From Tubiluchus corallicola (lineage: Eukaryota > Animalia > Priapulida), in assembly GCA_030141605.1 (NCBI GenBank), contig JAQGDQ010001649.1, positions 1 to 30,885 on the forward strand: DNA of 30,885 nt, given 5' to 3'. The first letter of the stretch is position 1; each line of letters opens with the position of its first letter. The notes under the pieces were generated by a model that was given only the letters and a program-made list of their open reading frames with translations, was not told the DNA's origin and made no database searches. Both the position numbers and the translations under genes were made by a program. Positions 1-30,885 of the stretch are shown here, piece after piece.

Positions 1-264
1 CAGTCCAGAACTAAGGTATCAAATTGACAAGACATCGTTGCAGAAATGTACATCTATCTAAACACGTATTCATAAACGTTCTTTGGGTGTTTCTCTCATG
101 CTTCATGTGCAGTTCATTTGACATGGAACTCCCGTGCCAGAAGCAGCATTAGGCAGTTGTTAGAAAATAAAAGTTCTAGCACTTAAATAACGTCACAAAA
201 TGCATAAGAAAATTTTGAATTTTTTCAGTACTTTTGTAAATGTGATTAACACGTCATTTTGCAG

Positions 265-20651
<20,387 letters not shown>

Positions 20652-20971
20652 ACGTAGCGCATTTGAAAAGCAAAGCGAAGTTTCTAATACTTCGTTGCAC
20701 AATGGACTCAGTTATATGGGTACCAAAGAGGAACCACACCCATTCACTAATTTATTCACTTGCTCGCCGTTACAATGTTTATGCTTAACTATTTATAAGC
20801 GTACAAGAAATTGTATCAGGTTTTTTAGAAGCTGCAAAAAAAGAATAATTATGAAACACTAAGACAATGCGAACAAATATGTAGGGCAATGGGAACAGTT
20901 AAGTTGTTATGGTGTGTATTCAACAATCAAAGTTAAACATCACTGGGTCTAGTTAGTAAGCTATAGATGTT

Positions 20972-21030
20972 ACCACCAAGGAAGTTAAGCATCGCTGGAC
21001 CTGATTACAAAGTTGATGACCAACTGGTAA
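20972..21030 (+). mobile_element. Possible degenerate 5S-rRNA-derived (SINE3-like) fragment in the ferlin 3'UTR
   Basis: gaagttaagcatcgctggacctgatta resembles the 5S internal control region GAAG(C/T)TAAGCAGGGTCGGGCCTGGTTAG; the match is short and diverged. Confidence 0.3.
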
Positions 21031-22120
21031 AGAAAGGAAATTGTTTCTGCCCATACTGTCTCTGACCATCCACCTTGCTGAGAAAAGACTCACATTACAT
21101 CCAGTGAAGTTGAGAAATCTGCTTCTTCAACATCTCATCTTAGGGAATCATCTTTGATGAGTGGGTAGGTTCCAGTCTTGTCACACCCATCAACAGAACA
21201 AGTAAATGCTAGAGACCAACATGCACTGCGCTGAACTGCATTACGCACGTGTTTTCATTATTAGAAGTTTTGAAAAGAAATAGACTACTAGAGCTATTTT
21301 ATATAATACTATATATATATATTCTATATGTAACCTCCTGAGTATTCTCAATGTTTACTTACATTAATTTGTGCATACTTGCATTCTCCTGATGGTTCAA
21401 AACAACTATGGAGTCCCCAAAGTGATATTTCAAAAACTATTGCAATATTTTCAACATACTACGATGTGTCGCAAAAATTCTGATACTTTCCAAAACTTTA
21501 TTTTATGTTTTAGTACAATTTTAGTTTTCCAAATACTACTTCGGGACTCAACATCTAGAAAAAACAAAACCAGGGCCTCGTTTCTTAGAAAAGGCGCATG
21601 CACGAAGTCATACATGTGCAGTGACTTTATACACTTAAATATTTAACAAATAGGCAAACGCGATCGTGCAACACGTATTTTGATATAAGTAGCATAAATT
21701 ATTTATAAATTTCATAATGATTTAGACTTCTTTATGGTTGCGTAAACCGAATAATGTATAATTTAGATTTGTAGATGTATTCAAAGAGTTTTTGTAAATG
21801 ACAATACACTGCAAGTTAATTTAAGAATTAGCATAAGTTTAGAAATAATTATTATAACAGAAGTTATACCACTCTACACTTAACAGCAGGACTTGTGAAA
21901 CAATATATCGGCAACTTTGTGAAAATATTCATTATTACTAATCTCACATTACGACAGTTCTTGCAGAGGTAAAAATTAAACAATTAATACAGTAATGATG
22001 TAATACAGAGTTTTAATCACAGTCATCAAAAACAAAATTCATGCAAACTATTTTGTACTTTTATGTTCTGTACACAATTGTAAATCAAACTGGTGAAATA
22101 ACATTAGCTCTTTTATGCTG

Positions 22121-22126
22121 AATAAA
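22121..22126 (+). terminator. Candidate poly(A) signal of the ferlin gene
   Basis: AATAAA about 1.47 kb after the stop, followed by T/GT-rich sequence. Confidence 0.5.
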
Positions 22127-22144
22127 ATCACAGTTTTTAGCTGT

Positions 22145-22150
22145 TTTATT
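22145..22150 (-). terminator. Candidate poly(A) signal of STK40
   Basis: tttatt on + (AATAAA on -), about 2.27 kb after the STK40 stop. Confidence 0.4.
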
Positions 22151-22885
22151 CCTCAACAATCTTTCTCCAATACATGGCATTAAAGTTCACTTATCATTAC
22201 ATAACTGTTGAAATGAATCCCTAAATTTCAATCGAAGCGCTACCATAATTTCATTTTCACATTCTAGATTTCAAAATGATCTGCAACATTAAAAGTAATA
22301 GCTAACTTACATTTCATTAAAGACATTTTTTTACTTTGTTCAAAAGTGTTTTGAATCTTTCCAATGAAAATGTTAAGAAACTCTAGCAATAACAGTAATT
22401 TTAATATATTTCGAACAACAATATAATGCAGTAATGATTTACATATTCCTGCCATAATTCTTGAAAACACGACAACCTTTTGCTACTACAAAAAGAAACA
22501 GTAAAATTCTCACTCACAACAATCACTACTTCGTCACCAAACAGTTTTAAATTTAATTCGTGTTCATGATTTTCTCAATAGTCAATAGTTCGCCCACAAC
22601 TGTGAACTCACATGCAATCACTTACAGTTATAAGCAACACATTATAATACAAGCAACACAATACACTACAACTGAACAGCAATGCTAACAGCACACTTTC
22701 TAGACTAACAAATACTCACGCAATCAAGATTAAGACAAAAAATGATAAATTACAGAACGCTTTAACTCGCTGCTTTTCCACTAAATTGAATCAGTTTGGT
22801 TTAAAAACATACACATCTATGCCTTGCATTACTTAGCAGCAACACAGCTGTAACTTGTTGAAAATATCATATAAGCACTTACACT

Positions 22886-23327
22886 TCAAGTAGTTACACT
22901 AACACGTGCTCAAGTAGTTACACTAACATGTGCTCAAGTAGTTACACTAACACATGTTCAAGTAGTTACACTAACACATGCTCAAGTAGTTACACTAACA
23001 CGTGCTCAAGTAGTTACACTAACACATGTTCAAGTAGTTACACTAACACATGCTCAAGTAGTTACACTAACACGTGTTCAAGTAGTTACACTAACACGTG
23101 CTCAAGTAGTTACACTAACACGTGCTCAAGTAGTTACACTAACACGTGCTCAAGTAGTTACACTAACACGTGCTCAAGTAGTTACACTAACACGTGCTCA
23201 AGTAGTTACACTAACACGTGCTCAAGTAGTTACACTAACACGTGTTCAAGTAGTTACACTAACACGTGCTCAAGTAGTTACACCAACACGTGCTCAAGTA
23301 GTTACACTAACACGTGCTCAAGTAGTT
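22886..23327 (+). repeat. 24-bp minisatellite, about 18 near-identical copies
   Basis: Unit tcaagtagttacactaacacgtgc. Confidence 0.97.
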
Positions 23328-24419
23328 GCTAACAGTGACACTCAGGACAAAATTATCATTGTTTACGAATTAAAATTCACTTTAAAGATATTCGAATGAA
23401 ATTTTAATCAGTTATACAAAATAATAAACGTCCACAAAAAAAACTCAATTTAGTTCTGAGACGACAAAGACTGTGCATGTAGCGTGAAGCCATACACTAA
23501 TTTATCACCAAGACTAATTAATATCACTGATTCGTGTAGCTAAAATTAGAAATTCAAGCAAAAAAGGTTTGACGCACTTACAGCAGTCTGACGACTCTAC
23601 CTTTACTTAATGTTTATAAATGACGTGTTCGAGGTTAGTTGCTATTTTGCTCGCATTTAATTGTACGTTTCACCTTGTAAGATGCCGCTGATGATTCAAC
23701 AAACGATACCAAATAAGCGCTTGCTTCTACAGGCCATGATAACAAGTCAAATATTCTCTAAATTACCATAATACTACCTGCAACGCAGACCGCAATGCAG
23801 ACGATCACCAACACTGACCAAACTGCCATTCCCGCTACTTATTTTCGTGTAACAGCAGCTCGCAAAGATTGCGCATACTGCTTTTGTTCTAGGTAAAAAC
23901 TAATAATTATTTGTTAGAAAATAGTGTGCAAAATATCGCATCTAAACTGTTTTGTCTGCACGATATTTTTCCAATATTTTAATGGCAAAGAAACTAAAGT
24001 GATTAGCACATTGAATTATTCAAATTCATAACCTGAGGTTCGAATCGAGTTCTAATCAAATAACTCATTCAAATTAAATTGAAATGTTCAAATTTAATTG
24101 CTCGAACTCGAATGTTCGATGCTCGCACTCTTACTCGTGCAGCCATTATAATTAAGGTGGCTTCTAATTAACGGCAAATCACATCTTTTTCCGTTTGACC
24201 GTATATCTCTAAATTAATTAACATTTTGCAAATTCATTTCGATAAAATTTACAACGATAGACTATGAATATATTATAATAACAGTATCGTACAGCTGTAC
24301 ATTTCAACACATTAAGCTAATCATTTTAATAAACTGAATTGAGGCATGCATGATTTACAACAGGTAGCAACAAATAAAAAGAAAATTAGTGAGTTAATTA
24401 GACTGCTAAGATAAGGTAT

Positions 24420-24714
24420 TCAAGCAGCGAAATTTCTATTCTGTAAACACTGCAGAAATTCTTGTACAGTTGGCATAGGCTGTTCTTCCGACGATCGATC
24501 TAAACCAGGCAACCGCGTCGCAGCACGTCGGCGGGCTGGAATGCCACCTGGTTTACGAATTCGTAAAGAATTGACGTGACTCTGTGACTTCTGAAGCTGC
24601 AACTCCAGGGCGCTGTATCCAGGCTTTTCTTTTGCCTTGCTACTTTGGTCTTCGGAACTTTGGTCATCAATATCAGGAACAACTTGTACTGGACCGGTGT
24701 TACTCAGAGCTCGC
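24420..24714 (-). CDS. STK40: STK40 last coding exon (VPD COP1-binding motif and stop)
   Basis: ttttag| RALSNTGPVQVVPDIDD...QNRNFAA* (TGA at 24422-24420). Confidence 0.88.
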
Positions 24715-27700
24715 CTAAAAACAAAAAAAACTCACAATTTCAAACACCTTCTCCTCAGTTAAAAACGCCCTCCTCCTCATCCTCCCGCTACTGCTAACAC
24801 TATGCCACACATATATAAAGATAATACAGTCATTAAAATTTGAAGACACATATTTGCACTTTCTAAGTGCATTTAAAACTACCAACTAGGGATCGGTACT
24901 ATAAGTGACCCACCAAGAAGCTGCTGAAATCCATACTGATCAAGATAAACATCTCACAGCAAGCGACCTACATACTTTTGCTGAAACTATCTAAACGTGA
25001 CGTATTGAGCATATATTACAACAGCATTATGTAACGTATCGAGCATATATTACAACAGCATTACGTGACGTATCGAGCATATATTACAACAGCATTACGT
25101 GACGTATCAAGCATATATTACAACAGCATTACGTGACGTATCAAGCATATATTACAACAGCATTATGTGACGTATCAAGCATATATTACAACAGCATTAC
25201 CTGACGTATCAAGCATATATTACAACAGCATTACGTGACGTATCAAGCATATATTACAACAGCATTACGTGACCTATCAAGCATATATTACAACAGCATT
25301 ACGTGACGTATCGAGCATATATTACAACAGCATTACGACGGACTATATAGGGGTGAAACTCGTACACTTTTTGTACGCCCACTGAAAACCCTGATATGGA
25401 TATTTTAAATCAGCAAAGCAACCCACCACATAGCTATAGTAGAATTCAATGAATCCAGGACTTGTGAAGCAGTGAGACGATCTTTAGCATCCAATACCAG
25501 AAGTTTTCTAATTAGTGTCAAAGTGTTTTCAGACACTCTTCCATCCCTGAAAAAGATAATAGGGTGTTAGCCTTTGTGGTAATGTTAACATTCCATTCAT
25601 TTATTTAAAGTTATAATGCGCTAAGGACTAATTCTTACAAAAAATGTGTGCACATGAAAACACATACTAGTTCTGTAATGAAGTGCTTGCACTCAAACAC
25701 TAGAAAAAACTAATCTGTTTTATTCATGCTAAAAAGCATTACACTTGAAGCACCGTGTGCAAAGAAAAACAGGGGCTTTGTTTATGCCTATATGCACAAT
25801 TAATTCTGCAAAAAACCGTCACACTACCGAATCTTGCTATAATTGAACACTTTTCATATAATTTTATAAGCAAATAAGCTCGAGTATAAATTTAATCATT
25901 ACTGATTGCAAAACCAGTGCAATTAACAATAATAATAATAATAATAATTTATTAGCCTGACTTCCCAGATGGCTCGTCGGATTTATAAAGTTAAAAAGCA
26001 CAATAAGATCACAGAACTAAAAAAATGTTATGCTACACAAATTAAAATTAAGTTAAGTCAGGCGACTAACATATACAGAAACAATTAAAATTTACAGATA
26101 AATAGTTACTAAAAGCTAGGGAAAATAAAAATGTTTTTATTTGAGATTTAAAGTAAGGAAGTGATGGTGAGTGGAGACGTTTTAACATGTAGGGGCAGCC
26201 GGTGCCAAAGCTGTGGGGCAGCATACGAAACTGACTGACCACCGCAAGTGGCAAGACTGGCTCTCTGCTTAAAAACAACTTACGAGGGTACTATGAATTC
26301 AGCGGCTTTAATTTTCCGAAATAACTCCTGTGGAACACTGTCGTAAAACGGAAATTGTCCATACAACATTGTGAATAGAACTACTCCAAGAGCCCACATG
26401 TCACTAGGCTTGCCTAAATATGGTTTACCTGCAAACAAATGATGGTTAATGAGAGAGAACAACACTGCAACTCCCATTTGCACCGCCATCAAGATGCTAA
26501 TAGAAATTTTAACCTATATAAATATAAAGTCTTGCCGACATCTGCAAGACTTCTACATATCTAGAGAAACGGAAAATAGGTTACGAAGCAAGGAAACTCA
26601 CTCTACAGGCAAATCACTTCTGGCAAAGCAAACACGAGAGTCTCAAAAATCACATTATTGCCTAACATCTGGGTTGCAGGTGCAGAAAGTAAATAATAAA
26701 GTATAAATAATAATAAAGTTCGTGTTTATCTTATCAGTAGCATTTTGACCATTAATTGGAGAGCACATTTGCTCTCAAAATTAAAAATCATACCATTGTA
26801 CTAAAGGCTATTAATAGCCAAAAATGCAACAAGCCAAAAGCGATATTTCTAAATTATCTTACTACTTAATACATCCGGGCTAATGTGAAAAATGACATTT
26901 CTAAATGAACTTACCGCTTAACACATCCGGGCTAATGTATGCTGGACTACCACGCTGATCTTTCAGTAAGTCATTCTCAGACATTAGGTGTTTCCCCAGA
27001 CAGAAGTTTGTGATTGTTACACGCCGTGAGCTTCTGTCCAAAACCATGTTGCCCAATTTCAAATCTCTATGTACAATATTTTTCTGCAAAAAATAATTGA
27101 TAGTTTAACAAGCACCTTTATTTAGATTCCGTAGAAAATCCAAATGGTTCACGTGATCGAAAAGCTCGTGCTTTTGGAAACTGAAACACGTCTAGAGGAG
27201 TTTTCTAATCGAACAAGCATAATTGCGTACATTCCAAGAAAAAGTCTGTAGTCTAATATCATTTACTGGTATAACAACTGGTCAGAATTTAGACTATGAC
27301 CTGGCTGCTTCAACTTCAGACCCAGTAAAATTTCTTGTATCTGGCACCAGATGTCCTAGTCAGAATTGGGGTGCACTAGTGTGATTGAAATTTGGTGAAT
27401 TCCTGCCTTTCACGTCAGCTTCTCATTATTAAGACAAATTTACTACTTAAAAAAAGAGGCTCTTTTTGACATCAAGTATGCCAACGTACATGTGTTTCTT
27501 TTTGCACACTTATACTCTCATCCAATATTCACTTGAAGGAGAATTCCGAGCCTGCATACAGCCACAAACTAATAACTACTTGAAATGACAACTCCATCAA
27601 GTCTTACCGAATGCAAGCTGTTCACGACCCTTACTATATCATAGAAGATGATGATGGCTTCTTTTTCACTCAACTTCTTTTCCCTAATGACGTAATGCTG

Positions 27701-27951
27701 AAGATTTACAAGATTGGCAGTCTTCGCATCAAAATCGTGAGCGTGCAGGCAGTCAAGAACAAGACAAAGACGTTTGTACTTTTTAACATTAACTGGACGT
27801 GCATCACATGACACTTCAGCATCATCATAAGCCTCATCCTACAAAGAGAAAACACAAAATTTGCTCCATATATATATATATAATTAATGTGGATTTACGA
27901 GCAACATCATATATATATATATATGTGTGTGTGAAGTTTAGTTTATTGAGC

Positions 27952-27983
<32 letters not shown>

Positions 27984-28000
27984 TGTGGATTTACGAGCAA

Positions 28001-28043
<43 letters not shown>

Positions 28044-29726
28044 AAGTTTAGTTTATTGAGCATAAGACATAAAGAGACCAAAAAACACATTGATGCTGTA
28101 CATGGGATGTAGCGGCTCAAACACAGTAGGGATGATAATACCAAAAAAACGCAATAATAATAAAAGCTCAATGATAACGCATAAAAACAATGATAGTAAG
28201 AACACATTTTGTAGGCTGCGAGCTCAAATTAAAGTTATTTGCTCTTGTAGAAATTTGCAATCATTTTATTGTAAAACGTATACAATGTTCACCTCAATCA
28301 CAAAATTGAACAAACAGTCATAAAGTTAGCAATATGATATTTAACAGTAGGAAATTTGCATCCATTCTCAATGCTGTCTCTAGATCAACTGAAACATGCA
28401 TGCCTGAGAGATGTGAGCTGTAATCACATGACCAGAGATTCAAGTTCCTATTGGAAGGTACGTCATATTCATGCATACAGACCATAAATGGAAAGGTCAC
28501 CTATACTCTACAGACTGCTAGTTAAACCAAAATCAAAGTCTACTTGGCTTCTTTGATAGCAGAATATAAAGATTATTGGTTGTGTTATAATTTTGTGTGA
28601 TAAAGAAAGCTGTGTTATAATTTTTCTCTATTTTAACTTGAATAAGAGAGTTAGAACCAGAATTAAAGCATGAAATTAACAATCTAATTACTCTGATTAA
28701 TGAATATTTATAAAAGCAAAACGAAAATCAATCTCTAACAAACTTTGTATAATTAGAGTAAAAAAACGACTGTAGATGGCAGCATAGACTAATTCAGTAC
28801 TTTAGTGTAGTAGACTGACAATTAAATGGGTCACATAATACTACAATCGCGTACTCGGTACAATAAGCGAGACAGCTCTCCTGTTTCTCTTCCCATTTCT
28901 TACTGATGTCATACATAAAGTTCATAACTACGGTTCTCATCTCTACATCATTTTGGCCATTAATAAACATAAACTGTTTACTTAAAGGCATTTCTGCAAA
29001 AGGAGGAAATATTTTCAAATACAACTTTTCTCTAATTCTGATACGCAGGAGAAAGTGACAAGTAATACATTTTGATAAGTAATACAAAAATGCATTTCCA
29101 TCTTCCACTTGATTCATCTTACACCTTTTACATATTCTTTGGTGGGCAGCTATTTTGGGTTTATGATACCTCCCCCTCTTAATATCTAATTTGTGGGCAC
29201 TAATTCTAAATCTAGTGCAAAATCTAAATCTACATACGTTCGCTTGGAATCAGATTATTACGCATAAGCAAATATTCTTCCAAACAATATACAGTTTTAA
29301 AAGGCATATAAGTTCGACGTTTGTTACCCCCGTCATCACTGTTGTCGTTATAAATCTTTTTCAAAAAATAGTTATTATACCTATCCTGTAGCTTCTTATT
29401 AATGGAATATATATTATATTTTAATATATTATATATATTATATATTAATATATTATATATATTATATATTTACTGTTAAATGTTAACATTCATTAGTTTT
29501 TACGGGTAATATAATGTAGCCTGTGCACGTTAAAAACCAAGTTACACAAAATTAGAAAACCGCAAGTGCAGAAAATTGTAGAACTTACGAAAAACAAGCC
29601 ATGATGATGTACTACACCTTCTTGATCGTGTAACAATGAAAGCAGTGAATACTCGGTATGCAACAACATTTTGCCTTGACGATCATCCTGACTTTCATCA
29701 GACAACGAATGAGGTAGGGTGAGTAT
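24420..29726 (-). CDS. STK40: Serine/threonine-protein kinase 40 (STK40/SgK495, Tribbles-like pseudokinase), 5'-partial; 6 coding exons in window
   Basis: Minus-strand GT-AG exons 29726-29589, 27838-27608, 27083-26915, 26428-26284, 25546-25427 and 24714-24420 total 1098 nt in one frame. STK40-type motifs: RQGKMLLHTEYSLLSLLH, NLQHYVIREKKLSE, HRDLKLGN, TNFCLGKHL, DQRGSPAYISPDVL, QVVPDIDD. No N-terminal exon found in 29727-30885. Confidence 0.95.
24995..25337 (+). repeat. 34-bp minisatellite, about 10 copies, in the last STK40 intron
   Basis: Unit acgtgacgtatcaagcatatattacaacagcatt. Confidence 0.96.
25427..25546 (-). CDS. STK40: STK40 exon
   Basis: tttcag| DGRVSENTLTLIRKLLVLDAKDRLTASQVLDSL..IAM |gtgggt. 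Confidence 0.92.
25928..26275 (-). mobile_element. 3' fragment of an L2-type LINE with (ATT)n tail
   Basis: The minus strand reads TCGGQSVSYAAPQLWHRLPLHVK, then after a frameshift SLPYFKSQIKTFLFSLAF. This fits the L2 ORF2 C-terminal pattern GDRAFS.AAP.LWN.LP..FK..LKT.LF..AF. It is followed by a UTR and (att)n. Confidence 0.78.
26284..26428 (-). CDS. STK40: STK40 exon
   Basis: ttgcag| KPYLGKPSDMWALGVVLFTMLYGQFPFYD..FIVP |gtaagt. Confidence 0.95.
26915..27083 (-). CDS. STK40: STK40 exon (catalytic loop and activation segment)
   Basis: ttgcag| KNIVHRDLKLGN..TNFCLGKHL..DQRGSPAYISPDVLS |gtaagt. Confidence 0.95.
27608..27838 (-). CDS. STK40: STK40 exon
   Basis: ttgtag| DEAYDD..RLCLVLDCL..NLQHYVIREKKLSEKEAIIIFYDIVRVVNSLHS |gtaaga. 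Confidence 0.93.
27868..28064 (+). repeat. Two-copy tandem duplication embedded in (TA)n
   Basis: aattaatgtggatttacgagcaacatc(at)n..gtgaagtttagtttattgagcata occurs twice. Confidence 0.9.
29589..29726 (-). CDS. STK40: STK40 exon
   Basis: tttcag| ILTLPHSLSDESQDDRQGKMLLHTEYSLLSLLHDQEGVVHHHGLFF |gtaagt. Confidence 0.93.
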
Positions 29727-30885
29727 CTGAAAAAGTTACAAGGATGTTACTCCGCGTTAAAATCGCGTTGCTCGTAAATCCACATTAATTCAAGAGCATC
29801 AACTGTTAAAGGACAAGAAAAGGGGTACCTGATGTAGGTTTCAGAAAAATCGCCTTAAAAATTAAATTACTTTATAGCAATTTTATGCGTATATCGTACT
29901 CATGTTAAAAAGAATTTTTGTTTGTTTTCATTTTAAATCTCCCGCAATGCTGTCCCGACGGCACCATTACATGACTACGCCATGCAAATTAAGGGAAGAA
30001 AAGGCAATGTTAAATTCTGACCCAAAAAACTTTCCGTGCAAATCTATATTACTTAGCATTTCACTTACCTGCTAGAAAGACTTATGTAATTAGACTAATA
30101 ATTTAAAATGTTCGTGCCAATTGGTAAAATGTCGCGGACTCACCTACCAGGGTGCACCATTCACTAACCAAAAACGTATTTTTAATCTTATTTACAAGAT
30201 ACAGTAATTTAAAATTTTACTTAGTTAGTAACACGTATGCTACGAATGCTCTGAATATTTTTTCAAACTTTACTCAATGTTATCTAAACTTGTATCAAAC
30301 GACCTACCATCAAAATGGCTGCACCTAACGGTCATCGCGGACTTTAAATACGCAATTTATAAGAGCGCGTAAAACCAACTCACCATACACATGAACCATT
30401 TTGTTAAATTTACACGTTTTATACAGTGCTACGGCCGACTTGAACCCTGAATGCAAAAAACAATATGCAAGCGGTACAAAATTTCAAGACAAATTTTTTG
30501 AGCCGTATGTAAGCAGAGCGCTTTCTTGTCCTCCAATATACATGCTTATTGGCAGGTAAATTATTATGGTAAGTTAATTCGGCATGTTCTGCTGTGCTAC
30601 CAGTCATCATCAGTCAGGCTACTGTGTTGCTTGACAATTTTGCTTTCTAAATGTTCTGTTCTATTGTTCTAGAATCTGGATTAAAGTGCATGATGATGAC
30701 AGTGAGGACAACCAAAACATACTGTTGTGTTTCGCTTCTCTTGGAAGGCTCGTAGTCAAATTAAACTAGCTTATTAAGCGAGAATTCTACAACACAAAAG
30801 TATGAAGGAACGCGAAATGATTACACTAAACGAGAAAATCTGGAAAACGTTTGAGTGTATCTGAAAACACAGGTATACAAGAGAA

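Noticed and set aside
22928-23332. 134-aa (CSSSYTNT)n ORF
   Set aside because: It is the translation of a 24-bp minisatellite with no unique flanking coding sequence.
23990-24135. TCGAA-rich short palindromic stretch, possible MITE remnant
   Set aside because: No definable termini or TSD.
29727-30885. Upstream STK40 exon or promoter; donor-like sites near 30067, 30143 and 30383; ORF 30419-30610
   Set aside because: None of these encodes the expected N-terminal STK40 segment, so the region is treated as intron with the first exon(s) outside the window.

Overview
This is eukaryotic, AT-rich genomic DNA from an animal, probably an invertebrate. It holds two intron-rich genes arranged tail to tail. 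(1) On the + strand is the 3' part of a type-1 (DysF-containing) ferlin, myoferlin/dysferlin-like. I traced 27 GT-AG coding exons by hand from 265 to the stop at 20651, with consistent phases. They give about 1164 aa: nested DysF, C2D, C2DE, C2E, C2F and a C-terminal transmembrane helix. The 5' part lies upstream of the window. (2) On the - strand is STK40/SgK495, a Tribbles-related pseudokinase, with 6 coding exons from 29726 down to the stop at 24420. Its N-terminal exon(s) lie beyond the right edge. The introns contain LINE 3' fragments, a tRNA-derived SINE, a short RTE-derived element with a target-site duplication, two inverted-repeat DNA elements, four minisatellites (54, 37, 24 and 34 bp units) and microsatellites. 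Most entries in the ORF track are exon read-throughs or repeat artefacts. I see no convincing new multi-gene system. The best leads are a perfect 24-bp inverted repeat bracketing an in-frame STK40 exon, face-to-face poly(A) signals between the two genes, a nested foldback-like element, and a bipartite RTE-derived retroelement. All homology calls rest on recalled family motifs, not database searches.
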